NCBI RefSeq assembly: GCF_024521635.1
Contig: NW_026250413.1
Coordinates: 620,001 to 684,000 of the forward strand
Length of the DNA stretch: 64,000 nt
Source of the DNA: Tricharina praecox
Taxonomy: Eukaryota
Reading direction: 5' to 3'
The translations under genes and the position numbers were made by a program. Below, in pieces: positions 14,416 to 28,076 of this stretch (the first letter of the stretch is position 1; every line of letters starts with the position of its first letter). Under the pieces are notes generated by a model. The model was not told the origin of the DNA and did no database searches. It worked only from the letters and a program-made list of their open reading frames with translations.

Positions 14416-15537
14416 CTTGCTGGGGTAATGGAAAGGAACCTAGGTTAATTGACACGGTATGAAGAGAAGAAAGGACAGAGACCCACGACGCCTTATATCA
14501 CGGCATCGGTGGTTGGATTGACTGATAGATGGACCGATGTTCGTCGGATGGTATGGGCTGACTGCGCTAGTTAACGATGGCCGTGGCGGTTGTAGTGCCC
14601 AATGAGTGTAGCGCTTTAGGAAACCCTAACCTGCCGAGGTATGGCGAGTGGACTGAGATCAAGCGGGTGATATCCTATGTCTTAATTGATTAAGGAGCGT
14701 GCCTTTCATTCTGTTGTCGCGTCATTCTGGCTCGAATCAATGCAGATTGACTACTCCGATTGGGGTCGGACTGTCATCAGCCGCTCCTGGGGTTATAACC
14801 AATTTTCATAATATAGGTAGGTGTTTTCTGCAGTTCATCACTCGTGGTAAATGGCCGCTGGTTGCTGGTGTGCGAAGTAAGTCTGTTTCTCCTTGGAACT
14901 GGCTTTCTTCTTACTCCTTCATTTTCTTTGGTTTGCCTCACCACACTGACTGTTATCTAACTAGATGTCAGTATTGGGCTCTCTTCTTCAATAGGTAGGA
15001 GGATATGGTATGGAAAAAAAGAACTTGTAATTGTGAAGGAGCGGAGAATGCATGTATGCAAGTGAGTACACTACATATCTAATTTATGGGTGGTTCTGTT
15101 CGGAGGCTTCTACAGTGTACACATCCCCACATCCCCACATCCCCATTCACTCCTACATGATAAGCTGTTTGCTCCACCCAGAGCCACAATGTGGCGGTGA
15201 AGTGGTTTGTGCAGGTGCAGTTCGCATGCATGTAGCGTCAATGGTGTTTGCAAGGAGTCTTGGAGCTGGGGTTATGTATGTGGGTTCGTGGCCCACGATG
15301 AGTCCAGGAATCATAGTACTTCCGGTCACCCTCAATCACTGACGGGAGTCACGTGCTTTCTTTTATGCCCAGTTGCACCTGCACAGTTCCGCATTCCATC
15401 CGTCAAACACGCGTTGCACCAACTCTATTCCGTTTCCACTCTTCAATTCCACACCTTTTCACTCCCCAACCACGTGCCGCTGCATCGCAATCACATTCCT
15501 TCAATCGCTGCAGACAGACACTCGAATAAAAAGTGAG

Positions 15538-18148
15538 ATGGCAACTGATCGGGACTGGGACCGAGAACCTCACCACCGCAGCGACGACCCTCGTCGGCAG
15601 CAACCTCAACTACGTAGAGCGCAGAGTGGAATGGAGCCACCAACATTCCACGGATCAGACCCCTCTGATGTAGCTCGGCGCAACTCCGATTCCCGGGGAT
15701 CGTTTGTGTCGAACAAACATCCACAGTACTCTAGCGGTGACGGCAGTCGCCGGGGGCTAAGCGTCGACACTTCGCGACGCTCTCTGGGAGGTTCAAATGA
15801 CGGGAGGAGGAGCGTGGAGGCGTCGCCTCGGGATGTCACGATGACCGATGTTGGGGGAGGAGGAGGGGGGGGCGGAGGGGGAGCAGGCGGGGGAGCAGGG
15901 TTTCCCCGCCAGATTGAGCGATACCGTTCCGGCAGCAACAGCAACAGACGGGAGTCGGTCGATAGTGTGAATTGGACGAATGCTTCTCCGGCCGCACGAA
16001 CGCCTCCTACCTCACGTACACCTTCGGATGCCGTTGCGATTCGCGATCCTTCCCCTGCCACCTCGACGTATTGCAACAGTCCCCGGAAGATAGTCGCTGT
16101 CGCTGCAGCTGGCGAGAAAAAGAAGAGCTTCAGGCTAGTCATCCGGTTTTCCCTTCGCCCCGGCTGCTTAGATTAGCGGAAGTGCTGACTGGTATCTGTT
16201 CGGTGTTGTGTAGTGAGGTCGTGGCTCGCGTTTCTGATGTCTATTCAAGGTACCAGGCGGCGCAACGAAAATTGGAACTGGCGGGGATTGAACGGAATAA
16301 CCGTAAAGAGCATTTCGATACCTTCGCGTCCATACGCGAGCGATACCAAGGCGCATACGACAAGGCGGAGGAGGAATGTCGGAAATACAAAGAGGAGTGG
16401 AGCTTTGTGAGCACTTGGGCTGACAGCTATTTCAAGTCTCCACAACCCGAGAAAGACGGGGAAGACACGACCTCCCGAAAGATTCAGAAAGATCTTGGTT
16501 CGCTCTCAATAGACAAATATATTGAAAAGGTCGTCCGAGAGAAGCTTGCGCTTGCCAATTTACCAGGAATCGCAGAGCTGCAAACCCAGGTGCAAACATT
16601 GCAGTCAAATGACCGGCAGAGGACCGCTGAGCTGGCAGAATTTAAGAAATCGCTGGCGAAAGTTGACACCTCCTGCAAGTCTATGGAAAGCAGACAGACA
16701 TTCCTCAACGGTCAGGTCGAGGAAATGCGCAAATCGATTGAGCCCTTGAAAAAGGACGTCACCACCGCACAACAACTGGCCGTCGTGGCTGCGAACTCGA
16801 TGGACAAGCTAGATAAACTGATGGCGAGAGTCGATCAGGTATTGCTGACTGTAAATTTTCGACGGTGCATTGCTGACTATCAATACAGTTCGAGGATGAT
16901 CTGAAGAAAGTAGCCTCGGCGCTCGCAGAAGTCAGAACAGAATTTGCTGCGCACAACTCGCAACAGGAAGCTCTCCGGCAACGATTAGACACTATAACAA
17001 TACCTGTTCCAGCGTCCACGGATACGGGCATTCCACTGAACGAATTGCGGAAGGAAATTGATGATGTCATCGACCCTATCAAGAAGTATGTGGACGAGAG
17101 TCTGGACGGGATGGGTGATGTTGCCGACAACTGTGCTCGAGACGTTCACAAAGCCAATGCCGATATTGCCAAGCTATTGGCCGAGCTCGAGGGATTAACG
17201 TCGAAAATGACGGCGGAAGTCTCGAAACTCCGCACCGAGTTTACCTCTAGTCTGACGAAGGTCGCCGAGGATGTGCAGTCACTTGGGGGGATGTCCGGTC
17301 GGGAGATTGGGTTGTTCAGGGACCTGTTGTTGCGAGAAGGGAGGCGGATCGAAGGGCTTGAGGTGGCTGTCCGGCATTGTGACGATAGACTATCCCTTTG
17401 GTCCACGAATGACTATTACGAGAAGGTGGCCAACCTTCTTATAGCACGAAGTCCTAGTTGGTTCAATACCGCCCAACAGGTCCAATACCTCACCCAACAG
17501 GACGAGCTCCAACGGACTCAGCTTCAAAAGCTTGCCGGCCAAATTCAAGCTGTCCATTCTCAGCTACAAAACCACCTCCAGTCACCCGGGGCCCCCAGCG
17601 GAACGTTCACGCCAGGGACAGCTAGGAACCCATTCGCCGTCAATGGCGCGATCGCCAACGGTGCTAGCGGCAACATGGAGAGCAGGAACTGTGCCAATGA
17701 CCCCTTTCTTACCGAACTCAAACAACTCAAACAAAACTTCGAGGACCTGAAGGAGAAGTTTCGGAAGCTGGAGGAAAGCAGCGATATGTTCTCGCAGGAG
17801 AATCTAAAGGAAACGCTGCAGGATATGAAACACGAAGTCAACAAGGTTGTGAGGGAGAATGCTAATAAGATGTCACAAGTATCCGATTGGTCGGAGGATG
17901 TTAAACAAAACCTGCGATGTCTCTGGGAGGAGCTCTTCCGCATGGGAGTTCCTCTCGACCCGGAGATGCGCGCATCTTTTGGCCCGGCAAACGCTGTCGA
18001 CCTGAATGAGCTCACCGAAAACGGGTACGATCACATGACCGAAGACGGCGATATTGAACAAGTAGAGATGGAAGAAGAAGAAGAAGAGGAAGAGGAAGAG
18101 GACGAGGAAATGTCACAGAGAGAGGGTCTGGAGGAGGAAGTTGAATGA
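15538..18148 (+). CDS. Uncharacterised protein: disordered N-terminus, long coiled coil, acidic C-terminus (3 exons)
   Basis: Three long consecutive ORFs joinable by introns ending ...GCTGAC..TAG at 16213 and GTATTG..GCTGAC..CAG at about 16839-16888. Heptad-rich sequence and a poly-Glu tail. The exon 1 donor is ambiguous. Confidence 0.7.
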
Positions 18149-18259
18149 TTCTCCATGACGAACATACCTAAATACTCCAATATACCCTAGTTTTGGTACT
18201 AGGAATGCTTTTTGTTTTTACTTTCCTGTGGATTTTCTTTCCCGTGTGTTTCTTTTCTT

Positions 18260-18321
18260 GCATCTTTTTCCTGCATCTTTTTCCTGCATCTTTTTCCTGC
18301 ATCTTTTTCCTGCATCTTTTT
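18260..18321 (+). repeat. 13-bp tandem repeat (GCATCTTTTTCCT) x~4.7 in 3' UTR
   Basis: Directly visible perfect tandem copies. Confidence 0.9.
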
Positions 18322-18906
18322 CGAGCGAGTGGATATTCGAGTTGCATGCGAAGGGGTTTTTTTTTCATGATGGCGTTCGGGAGAAACAATGGATTGCTTT
18401 GTACTTCTTGTCTACATTTCTCATTTCCGGGCTATTGATAGATGTCGTTTGTTCAACGTAGTTGCTGGTTTTTGTCTTGTATTCCATGTCACAGGTACTT
18501 TGGGTGGTGATTCGTTTGGAAGGGCTAGCAGGTTGATTGTTTGCAGTTGCTGCTCTATTGATGGCTTTTCTGGATCATTTCTACATGTGTTTGGTTGGGC
18601 GTCTCTTGTGGTCGTCACATCGTGTTTGGTTGGGCGAGCGATTGATTTAATTCCAGTCAATCCACCGCTCCAGATAACTCCAATATAGGTACATAATAGT
18701 CAAACAGCAACGAGATCTCCGCGTCTAGTAGAATCGATTCCTGGCAATGGCAAGCAAACAGCGACCGGATCTCCATCAATAACAAGCCTCACACCATGAC
18801 GCTGCCGCCGTTGGGAAACTTGATGGAAAGCATGCCCCCTTCCTTTCAAAGTAGAGGGAATCAATCAAATGACTGTTGTGGTAGTCTCGTTGCCGTGTAT
18901 ACAGTC

Positions 18907-19574
18907 TCACAGTCCCTGCCTCAACCGCTCTGCCAACTGCTTCTTTCCAAACTCCCACGCATTCAAGAGCCCCTTTTCCGACAGGTCGATACTGCTGACC
19001 TGGATGTCCTGCTGCGGCGGCCGTGAAACCCGCTGCACAATTGCCCCCGGCTCTGTCTCCAGTATCACACCGTCGTCAACAATCTCCTCGATCGCCAGCG
19101 CAACGAGGTCGTAGTTCTCGATTATGGTTCGCTTGTCGGTAGAGTTCCTGATTACGGAGCAGAGAGGTCCAAGTCAATTCCATGCTTCACCCGAAGTAGA
19201 ATGGGCATGTGAATGAATGTTACTCACTTCAACAGGATCTGTAGCGTGTCCCTGAGTGCGAGGACAACTTGGTACAGCATCATCTCGTTCTCTTCCATTC
19301 CTCCGACGACATACAGCATCACGTCGCTCTCGGCCTTGAACAGGACGACGTGGCCATCATAGAGGATGATATCTGCCGTTGACTTCGCCGTCTTCTCCAT
19401 GAGTCCCTTCTCAAACGCCTTTTGCTCTTTCAGCGTGGGGTAAGGGTTCTCAGTCGTTGCCCCGGTAGTGCTGGCCGTGTGCGGAGATCGGTAATATTTG
19501 GCGAGGATGCGGGTGCCGTCGGTTGAGAGGATTAGAAGCGCGTTGACGCTGAAGAGAGAGAGGTTTGGTGCCAT
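18907..19574 (-). CDS. RET3: Coatomer (COPI) zeta subunit
   Basis: MAPNLSLFSVNALLILSTDGTRILAKYY...YPTLKEQKAFEKGLMEKT, then exon 2 NSTDKRTIIENYDLVALAIEEIVDDGVILET...LAERLRQGL*. Confidence 0.96.
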
Positions 19575-20109
19575 AGCTGTGGTGGCACGGTGATGATGTA
19601 GTATTGCTTGCTGCTGTGTTGTGGGGATCACTCAAACTGGCGACGTTGTCTGAAGCTTCAAGAGTGAACGGTCGCTGCTATTAACTAACAGCCTGTACTA
19701 GTAACTGAACGGGGACGCTAGGTTAGTAACTATGACTTGTCGCGTTCTCCCAACAACCCCCGTCGCGTCCTTCCTTCACCAACCCCACCACCCCACCACC
19801 GTCTACCTCAATCAACGCTCGTGTTCTTATTCAACTACCCCGCCATCCACCATCTCACCGTCTCATCCAAGCCTCGTCAATTGCGGCCTAATTCCAACTA
19901 CATCAACCTACTTCCACTTACTTCGCCGACCCCAAAAATTCCACGGTTGATAGCTGTAAAGCATCCCCATCTTCTCCGTCTTGTCACCTCAAATTATTTG
20001 AGCTGTGTTTTTACGCAACGGAGTTTGAGTTGCATCTGAATGTGCCCTTCGTTATTTAACTGCTGACGAGAACCCTCTAGCTCCTCATCTTTAGAGGACA
20101 ACCGACAAT

Positions 20110-23092
20110 ATGTTTAGAGCTCGTCCCCCCGATGCGGACCCGGAGAGTGATGAAGACAGTATCACAACAGCCTCTACGGAGGCCAGCGAGGAAGCCGAAA
20201 ACCAGGAATTTCCAGTGAAGGAGATATTGGCAGACAAATGGTCCGAAGTCTTCCAAGCCCCTGTTTATCTGGTGTACTGGGACGGCTACCCACTTGATAG
20301 GGCAACGTGGGAGCCAGCCAGCTCTTTCGACGAAGGGAGAGAGTACATCATCACCGACTACCTGAAGAGCAAGGGCCAACGGGAAGAATTCGACTGGCAG
20401 AAATGGGACGAAGACCGTGAGAGGGACGCACTCGTGAAGTACGAGCGGCACAAGCGGAGGGCTGCTAAGAAAAAAAGGAGGGAAAAGGCAGCGAAACCCC
20501 AAGCGCAACAAAAGAAGCTAAAGCGCGGCGTGGCAAAGCCGGTTACGAGGCCGAAGAGGGCCGCCAAACGGACAACCGTTGATGAAGTTCCTGACGTTGA
20601 TCTTACCGGCTTTGTGGTTGACGATGACGACAACGACGATGACGAAGACCCGGATTCGGATGTTCCCATAATACGGCGAGCAATGCGCAAGAGGAGAAGC
20701 ATCGTGGTGGTTTCTGAGACCGAGTACCCGACAGAGTCTGAGAGAGTTAGTGACGGCGATGCCGATTCACTGATGGAGGACTTGGCGGAAGACAGCGCCC
20801 AACTGAGAACCCCCAGGACCAAGTTGAGAAGAGCAGATTATGACAACGGCAGTCTGGCTGCGGAACACGCCGGCGCAACGGACAGCGCTCCACTGAAAGC
20901 CTCCGAGGCAAAAGTGAGAAGACCGATACCTAAGAGACGCGAAACTAGCCCGCATCGTGGACGTGAACCTAGCCCGCATCGTCGACGCATGACTGCCAAC
21001 ATTCCACCTACACAGGAGACTGCCAAGGTCCCCATGATCTACAATAAGCTTTCAATACGGAACATGGTCCAAAAAAAGTCCAAGAGGGATCTGGCTCCCC
21101 CTGCCGAGTTGTTACAGCTTTTCAAGCCTGGTGAAGGGGGAGCAATATCGCGTCCGACGAAAACAGTCCCAGTCCCAGTTGCTCAAACCCCGACCATTCA
21201 GGAGCAGCCAATGCAGAAGCAGCCAACACAGAAACAACCAACACAGAAGCAGCCAACACATAAGCAACCAACACAGAAGCAGCCAATACATAAGCATCCG
21301 ATACAGAAGGGACGTCGCAGCCCTAGTCCGCCTGCAACGGGGAGCCCGGGTTCTCCTCCAGCAGGTCCTCCCAAGAGGAAAGTCAAGATCCAGATGAATC
21401 AGATAAAGCTGGCAGATGAAACTGAAACCTATGCGACTTTTAAATGTGCGGTCGAATATGGACCATCGCTTAAAGCCATGCGATCCCTGGGTACAATCAA
21501 ATTCTTGGGCTTCGGCACTGAGTTTTTGGCCATGCTGCACGATCTGCAGCTAGAAAAGATGTGGATTTCTAAAACCCTGGAAGCCAAGTACCTTGCAGAA
21601 CGGTTTATTCCTGTAAGCTGCAACGTCCAAGGACTCACGGTCGTGATATCACTTATCTTGGCTGACTAACTGGGGGTAGGTCTATGGTCCGCCACTCGAA
21701 TACGTCGACATGGAATTTGAATCTGAATCCCCCGAACTCCCAGGGCTGTTGTCTGTCTTGTCGATTTTGCAGGGGGCTGGAATGGTTGTTCATAAGGAAT
21801 TTACTCTGATAGTGTTTCAGCCATCCCTTGAAAAGCTTCGGAATTCTTTCAAGGTTCCACAGCAAAGACGAAAGACGGCCCTTCGAGCTGTCTTGTATCC
21901 ACCAGTTGGCGTTGAGGTTCCTATTCCCCAGCAGGACACGCCTAAGCCTCAGAAGGCGCTGGATGATGGCTTCGATCGGTACTTGTCGAACCTTATGTTC
22001 AGGCACTTAAAATGCTATAAAGATCTTCTCACGACAAGAAAGGACTCCGATTCGACAGATCCCAAGATGGTGCTGAGCTATTGTACTACGTACTGTCCAG
22101 AAATCGCTAAGCCCGAGCGTCTGGAACTGGAAAATGTCCTCCGGCTGCAGGGCCATCGCATTTTCAAGATTCACGACACACCGGAAATAGAGAAGAAGTC
22201 GAGGCAGAAGAAGATCCACGTCGTCGTGTTTATACACCAATCAATGCGGTTCCACTTACATCTCCTGCCTCACATCGACGTGCTTCGCAACATGAATAGA
22301 GTTTCGTTCCGCATGTTTGGCCTGAGACTCGACCGCGGCCCCGATCCCAGCAAGAAGCACCTGATCACAGTCGACGAACGCATCTGGCCCTTTGGTTCCG
22401 TCATATTGATGACCAACAGATTTCTTGCATGTCATGTCTCTGTCGTGGGCCAGGTGCTCATGTACCAGAAGGTGAAAGCGGCGTCCACGAAGTTCTGCGT
22501 TGCTTCTGATTTCAGAGACCGGCTAGAAGCATTCGCGATTACATTGGCTCGGCTCGGTGGCGATCCCGCACTGGGTCAGGAGGTTCTCACCATCACCTAC
22601 AGGCTTGAAAGCCACATCGTGTCTGAGACTTCCGAAGATGTGATCTCACTTGAATTACCTGAACGAGCCGCGCCGCCGAGATTCGCCTCGCCTGGAATGA
22701 TGGATCTGGAGCCTGGCGAGATTCCCGCTGCTTGTAATGAGCTCGAGCTTGTAGCTGCAGCTGCCGAACGAGAACTTGATACTGAGGCCGAGTTTGAAAA
22801 CATGATCGACATGTTTGCGCTACTCCACCTCGAGCAGGCAACCGAGCACAGGAGATTCATCGTTTGTCATTCTCAGAGTGAATCGGCACAGGCCCAGGAT
22901 TTTCAGAAGTTGTTTCCGACTGTAAGTTGTCCCCTAAGCAGTGCTGATTGGTTTTGGGCTGATTTCTGTATTTCCCTCCTGCAGATCACGTTCGTCGATC
23001 CTGAAAAGGCCGTGAAGGAGCTTCACCCCCCTGGGTCGGCGAGAGGTACCAATTTCCGCAATCTCCGCACTGCTCCCATTACGAAAAAGTGA
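20110..23092 (+). CDS. Chromodomain-containing protein (fungal Chp1p-like architecture), 3 exons
   Basis: N-terminal chromodomain EFPVKEILADKW...YLVYWDGYPLDRATWEPASSF, a basic NLS-like segment, a disordered middle and a folded C-terminal region. Introns at about 21613-21680 and 22922-22984. Confidence 0.75.
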
Positions 23093-23396
23093 CCACCTGC
23101 ACGACACTCTCCCATGTCCATTGCATTCATCGCAATTCGATTGACTCTTTTTTTTCCCTTTTCATACGAGTGAATTGCATGGTGCTTGGTTTTTTTTGTT
23201 GTTCTCAAGCTTCTTTCAGCGCACACGTATAATAGGGGAGTTACGGTTTTTCGGTCTTTTTTTCTCAGGACTTTTGTGTAGACAGTGGGATATCATTTCG
23301 GGTGTGTTTTCAGGTCTTGTTTGTCATACGGTGTAGTTTTACATTCTCATATGCGATCCCAATGAGACAGGCTCAGTTACAGTATATACATTACAT

Positions 23397-24774
23397 CTAA
23401 TGATCCGTCTTCTCGATCGCCTTAGGGTATAAAAACCCATTGTCGTACCGCACCTTATCCATGGCCTCCATGATGAGGATACTCTCATCCAACGGCATAG
23501 TCTCACACTCGAGCTTCCCATCCCTCAATGCTCTCGCAGCACCATCCGCCTCCCAAAACATGCCATGTCCTGCGGGGATCGGGAACGCCTTCTCCTCGAC
23601 CCCTCCACCCAACTTGATGATGGTCAGCTTCTCGGGGCGGTACGCCGGGTGGGCAACCTGTATCTCGCCCTTGGTGCCCGAGATCCGGATGGCCGGCCGC
23701 CCGGAGTCGTCGGGATCCGTCGCGATCCGGATGCTGCTCGTGGCTATGCCGATGGACTTGGGGAAGGTCGAGACCACCACGTTTTCGGCGTCCACGCCCG
23801 TCAGCTCGAAGCGGCTGATCGTGCCGATCACGCTGGGTGCCGATGAGGCTTTCTCGGACGCGGAGAGCGTGTGGTACAGACATTGGTAGACCCAGGTGAG
23901 CGAGTAGATGCCGACTAGAGTACAGCCAACGGTCGTTAATGTAAATGTATCGCTGCGTGAAACGGGCGGGGGAACTCACGGTCCAGAAGCGTTCCTCCAG
24001 CCAAATCCGGGTTGACCTATCCTCCCATCATCATCAGCATCACTCCCCTCACCCCCTCGCCCTCCCCCCACAACCACCGCCGAACCACCTACCATGCGAT
24101 GCATCCCGTCTTTATATTTCACATCCGGGTCCTGTGCCTGATTCATTTCGGCGGTGACCCTCCGGACCTCACCGATCTCCCCACTATTGATCAACCTGCG
24201 GACCTCGACACTGATAGGAAAAAACCTCGTCCACACAGCCTCCATCATGAACACCTTCTTTTCCCTCGCCATTTGCACGAGGATCTTGAGCTGCGCGGCA
24301 TTAACCGTGAACGGCTTCTCGCACACGACGTTCTTCCCCGCCTGCAGCGCTAAAAGACAATGCTCGAAGTGGTGCGAGTGCGGCGTCGCCACGTATATCA
24401 CGTCGACGTTCCCGTCCGCTACGAGCTCCGCGTAGCTGCCGTATGCTGTGGCCCCCGCCGCACCCACGTCGGAAAGGAAGGTTCGTGCCCGTGACACGGA
24501 GTTGGACGACGCCGCGGCCGCGATCGTGTGCACAACGTCGGTCACCCCCCGGGTGGTGGGGTCGAGCACTAGGTCCTTCGAGAAGACTGCAATGAGGTTA
24601 GTGGGCGATACGGCGGGGGGATGGGGGTTTGGATATGTACTTGCCGGTTGCAATCCAGCCGGTGGCTAGTATTCCGCTGTCAGTCAGTTGCAGCTCTCCG
24701 TGAAATAATCAAACAAGCGGATGAGACTCACCGAGGATTCCCCAGCGACACTCGAACGGCTTTGCTTGCGACAT
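23397..24774 (-). CDS. Gfo/Idh/MocA oxidoreductase (dimeric dihydrodiol / D-xylose 1-dehydrogenase NADP+-like)
   Basis: MSQAKPFECRWGIL|ATGWIAT|VFSKDL, YVATPHSHH, CEKPFTVNA, MEAVWTRFFP and LAGGTLLDLGIYSLTW. Four introns, one of them GC-AG. Confidence 0.93.
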
Positions 24775-26315
24775 TTCTTGATTTTGATCTTGATCTGGAT
24801 CTGGATTCGCGATGAGACGAGATGAGATGCGATGAGGGTGTGTGTATGTAGATGGCGGTCTCTGTTCGTTTCGTTTCGTAATGTCGGGGTACCTAAACTA
24901 TCGGAAACCTTAATAAGTATTTATACACTCTACGCCTACTACTGCGGGGTTGCCGTTGATTGTTCCTGAGCCTTGACACTCTATGTAGAGTTAACCTCAA
25001 GACGGAGTTGCGCACCGCATATCCGATGCGGCTTCTGCACGATCGACCGACCGTGGATGGGTGGATGCTCAACCGGATCCCCGACGGAGGGGGCCGAGTA
25101 TGGAGTTACGTAGAGATCTCCACCTAGGATGTGTATAATAGTTAATGCTTTGGGGTTCGTCAATTATTACATAGAGTACGAGGTTCCTTGCGAGGAACTC
25201 GGAAGAATATGTGCGAGATCACTCGAAATACTGTGGAGTTGATACTTCGAAGGACGCTCAGTCCAGTTCAGTCACAGCAGCTTGATTGAAGTCCCTGGTA
25301 ATTGAGTACACAAGCGGCAAACATCAGACGATGAGAGATATCGCATGCCCAGCTGTGGGTAGTGGTAGTACTCACCTCCACACCAGTTATGCGGATGCAC
25401 CCAGACCATCCGGTCCCAGAATCTATCTAGAGCCTTAGATCAGTGACCTCCAACCCCAGAAAACCCCAGAAAAAAACCCGCAAAGCCTCCCGTAACTCCG
25501 GGGAAGATGCGTGTGATCTGTAACTGTGAGTCGAACCGCCAACTAGCGTCTTCTACACGGCTGGCCGAGCGGCGAGTCCGTTCGGTCCAACTGAAGGTAC
25601 TTTGTAACTGACACAGCATAATACGTTTCGAGCGGCCTCAGGCCCGGGTAGGCCTGGTCTTCACGGTTGATGTTCCTGATGCCTTTATGATGATATTCCT
25701 GACACTTTTATGGTGATAATTCCACACATTTCACCTTCTTGTTTAGATCAAATCCAAATCCAAAGACGTCGAGTGCTAACAAATACTCAACCAACCGCTT
25801 CAATCACCTTCAATCACTTCAATCCTGTTTCTGAGAAAACCAGAACAGTCCATAACAGTCCTACTCAAGTTTCAAACTCTCGAACCAATTCCACCGGCCC
25901 ATAATCCGGTATATAATCCAAAAACATCATGTGGAATCGTTACCACCTCCAGAAACCTCCCAAAATCCCCAGAAACCTCCAGGAAACCTCCAGGAAGTCC
26001 CACATTCCCTCCCCCTCCAGAAATCCGAGTAGAACCCCTCGGTTGCCAACCATCGATGGACAACTCCCAGAAGAAGATGCATACGGTAAGTATATTATAT
26101 ATTACCCAGTGCAGATATCCCCAAAACCAATCCAAGCCCTATTCAAGCCAAGTCCAAGTCATGAAACTTGGATATGAAAATAACTGATTACTTAGCACAC
26201 CCCTTAACGAAGCAAAAAAAACACTCTTGTGTATGTATGTACACTCCGCATACACCCCCTCGCTCTTCTTCCTATCCATCTCTTTTTTTCTCCTCCTCGA
26301 ACTCTCATCCGGCGA

Positions 26316-28076
26316 TTAAAAAAGGTACTACGGTGAAATGTTAGTAGGTGGGTGGAAAGGGGGGTGTATAAGGAAGACTTACAGGAATAAAGAGGTAAGG
26401 GACCTGTCGCTTGTACTCGTCCCAAGCGGGTCCGTACTTCGCAGCACAGCGGTCGGTGTCGCGCTTAGCGCGGTGCAGGATCATGCACATGAAGAAGGCG
26501 GGCAGGAACCAGGGGATCGGGCTCTTGAAGCCACAGATCAGGCCCCAGCTCAGGAACTGGCAGAAGTCGGCGGTGTAGTGGACCTTGCGGGCGAGGCCAT
26601 ACCAGCCGCTGGTGAGGAGAGTACCGGCTTCACACGTGATGAAGGTGGGGTTCTCGATCGTCTGCCAGGGCAGCTGGGGGAAGGCCTTGCGCTGGACCAT
26701 GGTGCCTCGCTCTTGCTGGCGGAAGCGGTTCTTCTGGCTGTTGCACGTGTCAAAGATGTAGTACGCGGTGAGCAACATGATGAAGAGCGCGATGTTGGTC
26801 TTCGAGGACCACTTGTAGACTTCGGGGGTGTTGCGGACCAGGTAGAGGACGCCGTGACAGTAGGTCAGGGGCACACCAGCCATGTTCCAGAAGATCAACA
26901 TAAATCCCCATTTCTCGTGCGACATGTCCCAGGTGGTGACGATGAGCTCCTCGCCCTTGCCGCAGGCATTGGAGTAGAGCCAGTGCGCGAGCAAGAAGAA
27001 GCAGACCTGGGGGGTGACGTATCCATACAGCTCGTACTGCTTGACGGAGGCGGAGATCGAGATCAGGAACAGGAGGAACCACGGCAGACGGACTTCGAAG
27101 AACATCTTGAGGTCGACAATGCCGAAAATACGGGGGTTCAGCTCGGCTCCCATGAAGAAGTCGTAGACGAAGTATCCAGTCATCCTGTGCTGCGCACCAC
27201 GAGCGATAGCGCTGAAATAGGCGATGAAGCTGACGACGATTCCAGACAGGATTCCAACGCTCATGTAGGAGCCGAAATTGTCGACCAGGTCTGTGATGGG
27301 GAACATGCCCGTAACGTGAAGAACGCCGGCCGTGATCATGGTGACCCAGAAAGCGAAGATGGCATTGCAGAAGTAATCCAGACGCAGGTTGTCACGGTGG
27401 GGGATCGGGTTGCCCTTGGTCCAGACACCGGGGAGGGTGATGTACAGCACGATCTGATAGGCGAGGAAAAGCCAGTACGCGGAAAAGGATCTGAGCGTGG
27501 GACGTGCGCACTACGTACGGATAGCCGTCATGTCAGGGTCAAGGTCCAAGCGTTTCGAAACATCAGTGCACGGAAATATGTTTACCTCCATAGCCTTATT
27601 TACGAAGTCCAGCAAAAAATCTCCGAAGGCTTGTCCCTTCGCTGGAAAGGGCAATTGCGCGTCATAGTAGACCTGGCCGACCCACAGGTACCACATGAGG
27701 ACGGGGAAGAACACCATCACGAGACCGGTTCCGTACACGCCGCCAAACTCGAACTCGCCGCTGGCATCGATCTTGGGATCATCTTCGACCTTGCTGGCGA
27801 CTCCATTGCTGCTGCCATTCGAGGTTCCGTTTTTAATTCCGTTTCCGTTTGCGATTCCGTTTCCGTTCGATTTGACGGCACCGTTGGCTTTCTTGGGCGT
27901 GTCGGATTGGGTGGCTTGTTTGCGCCCTCGAAGCTGGGGTACTTCCTGCTCTGTCGATCTGTTTTTTTTGTCCAGTCAGTTCCGATGTGCACAATCGACG
28001 CAACGAAAGGCACGCGATCATTGGGGACTTACTGAGGCATTCTGGACCTGCTCTTCGAACGTGTAACGGAAACCAT
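26316..28076 (-). CDS. ERG4: Delta24(24(1))-sterol reductase (ERG4/ERG24 family)
   Basis: [67 protein letters not shown] and [25 protein letters not shown]. Three introns. Confidence 0.95.

Noticed and set aside
24950-26200. Intergenic stretch with short CCAGAAACC-type repeats and one intron-like signal
   Set aside because: I could not define termini, a target duplication or a coding remnant. It may be decayed repeat DNA but this is unsupported.
26338-28035. 565-aa ORF antisense to ERG4
   Set aside because: Shadow of a GC3-rich gene in the complementary codon frame, with no recognisable motifs.
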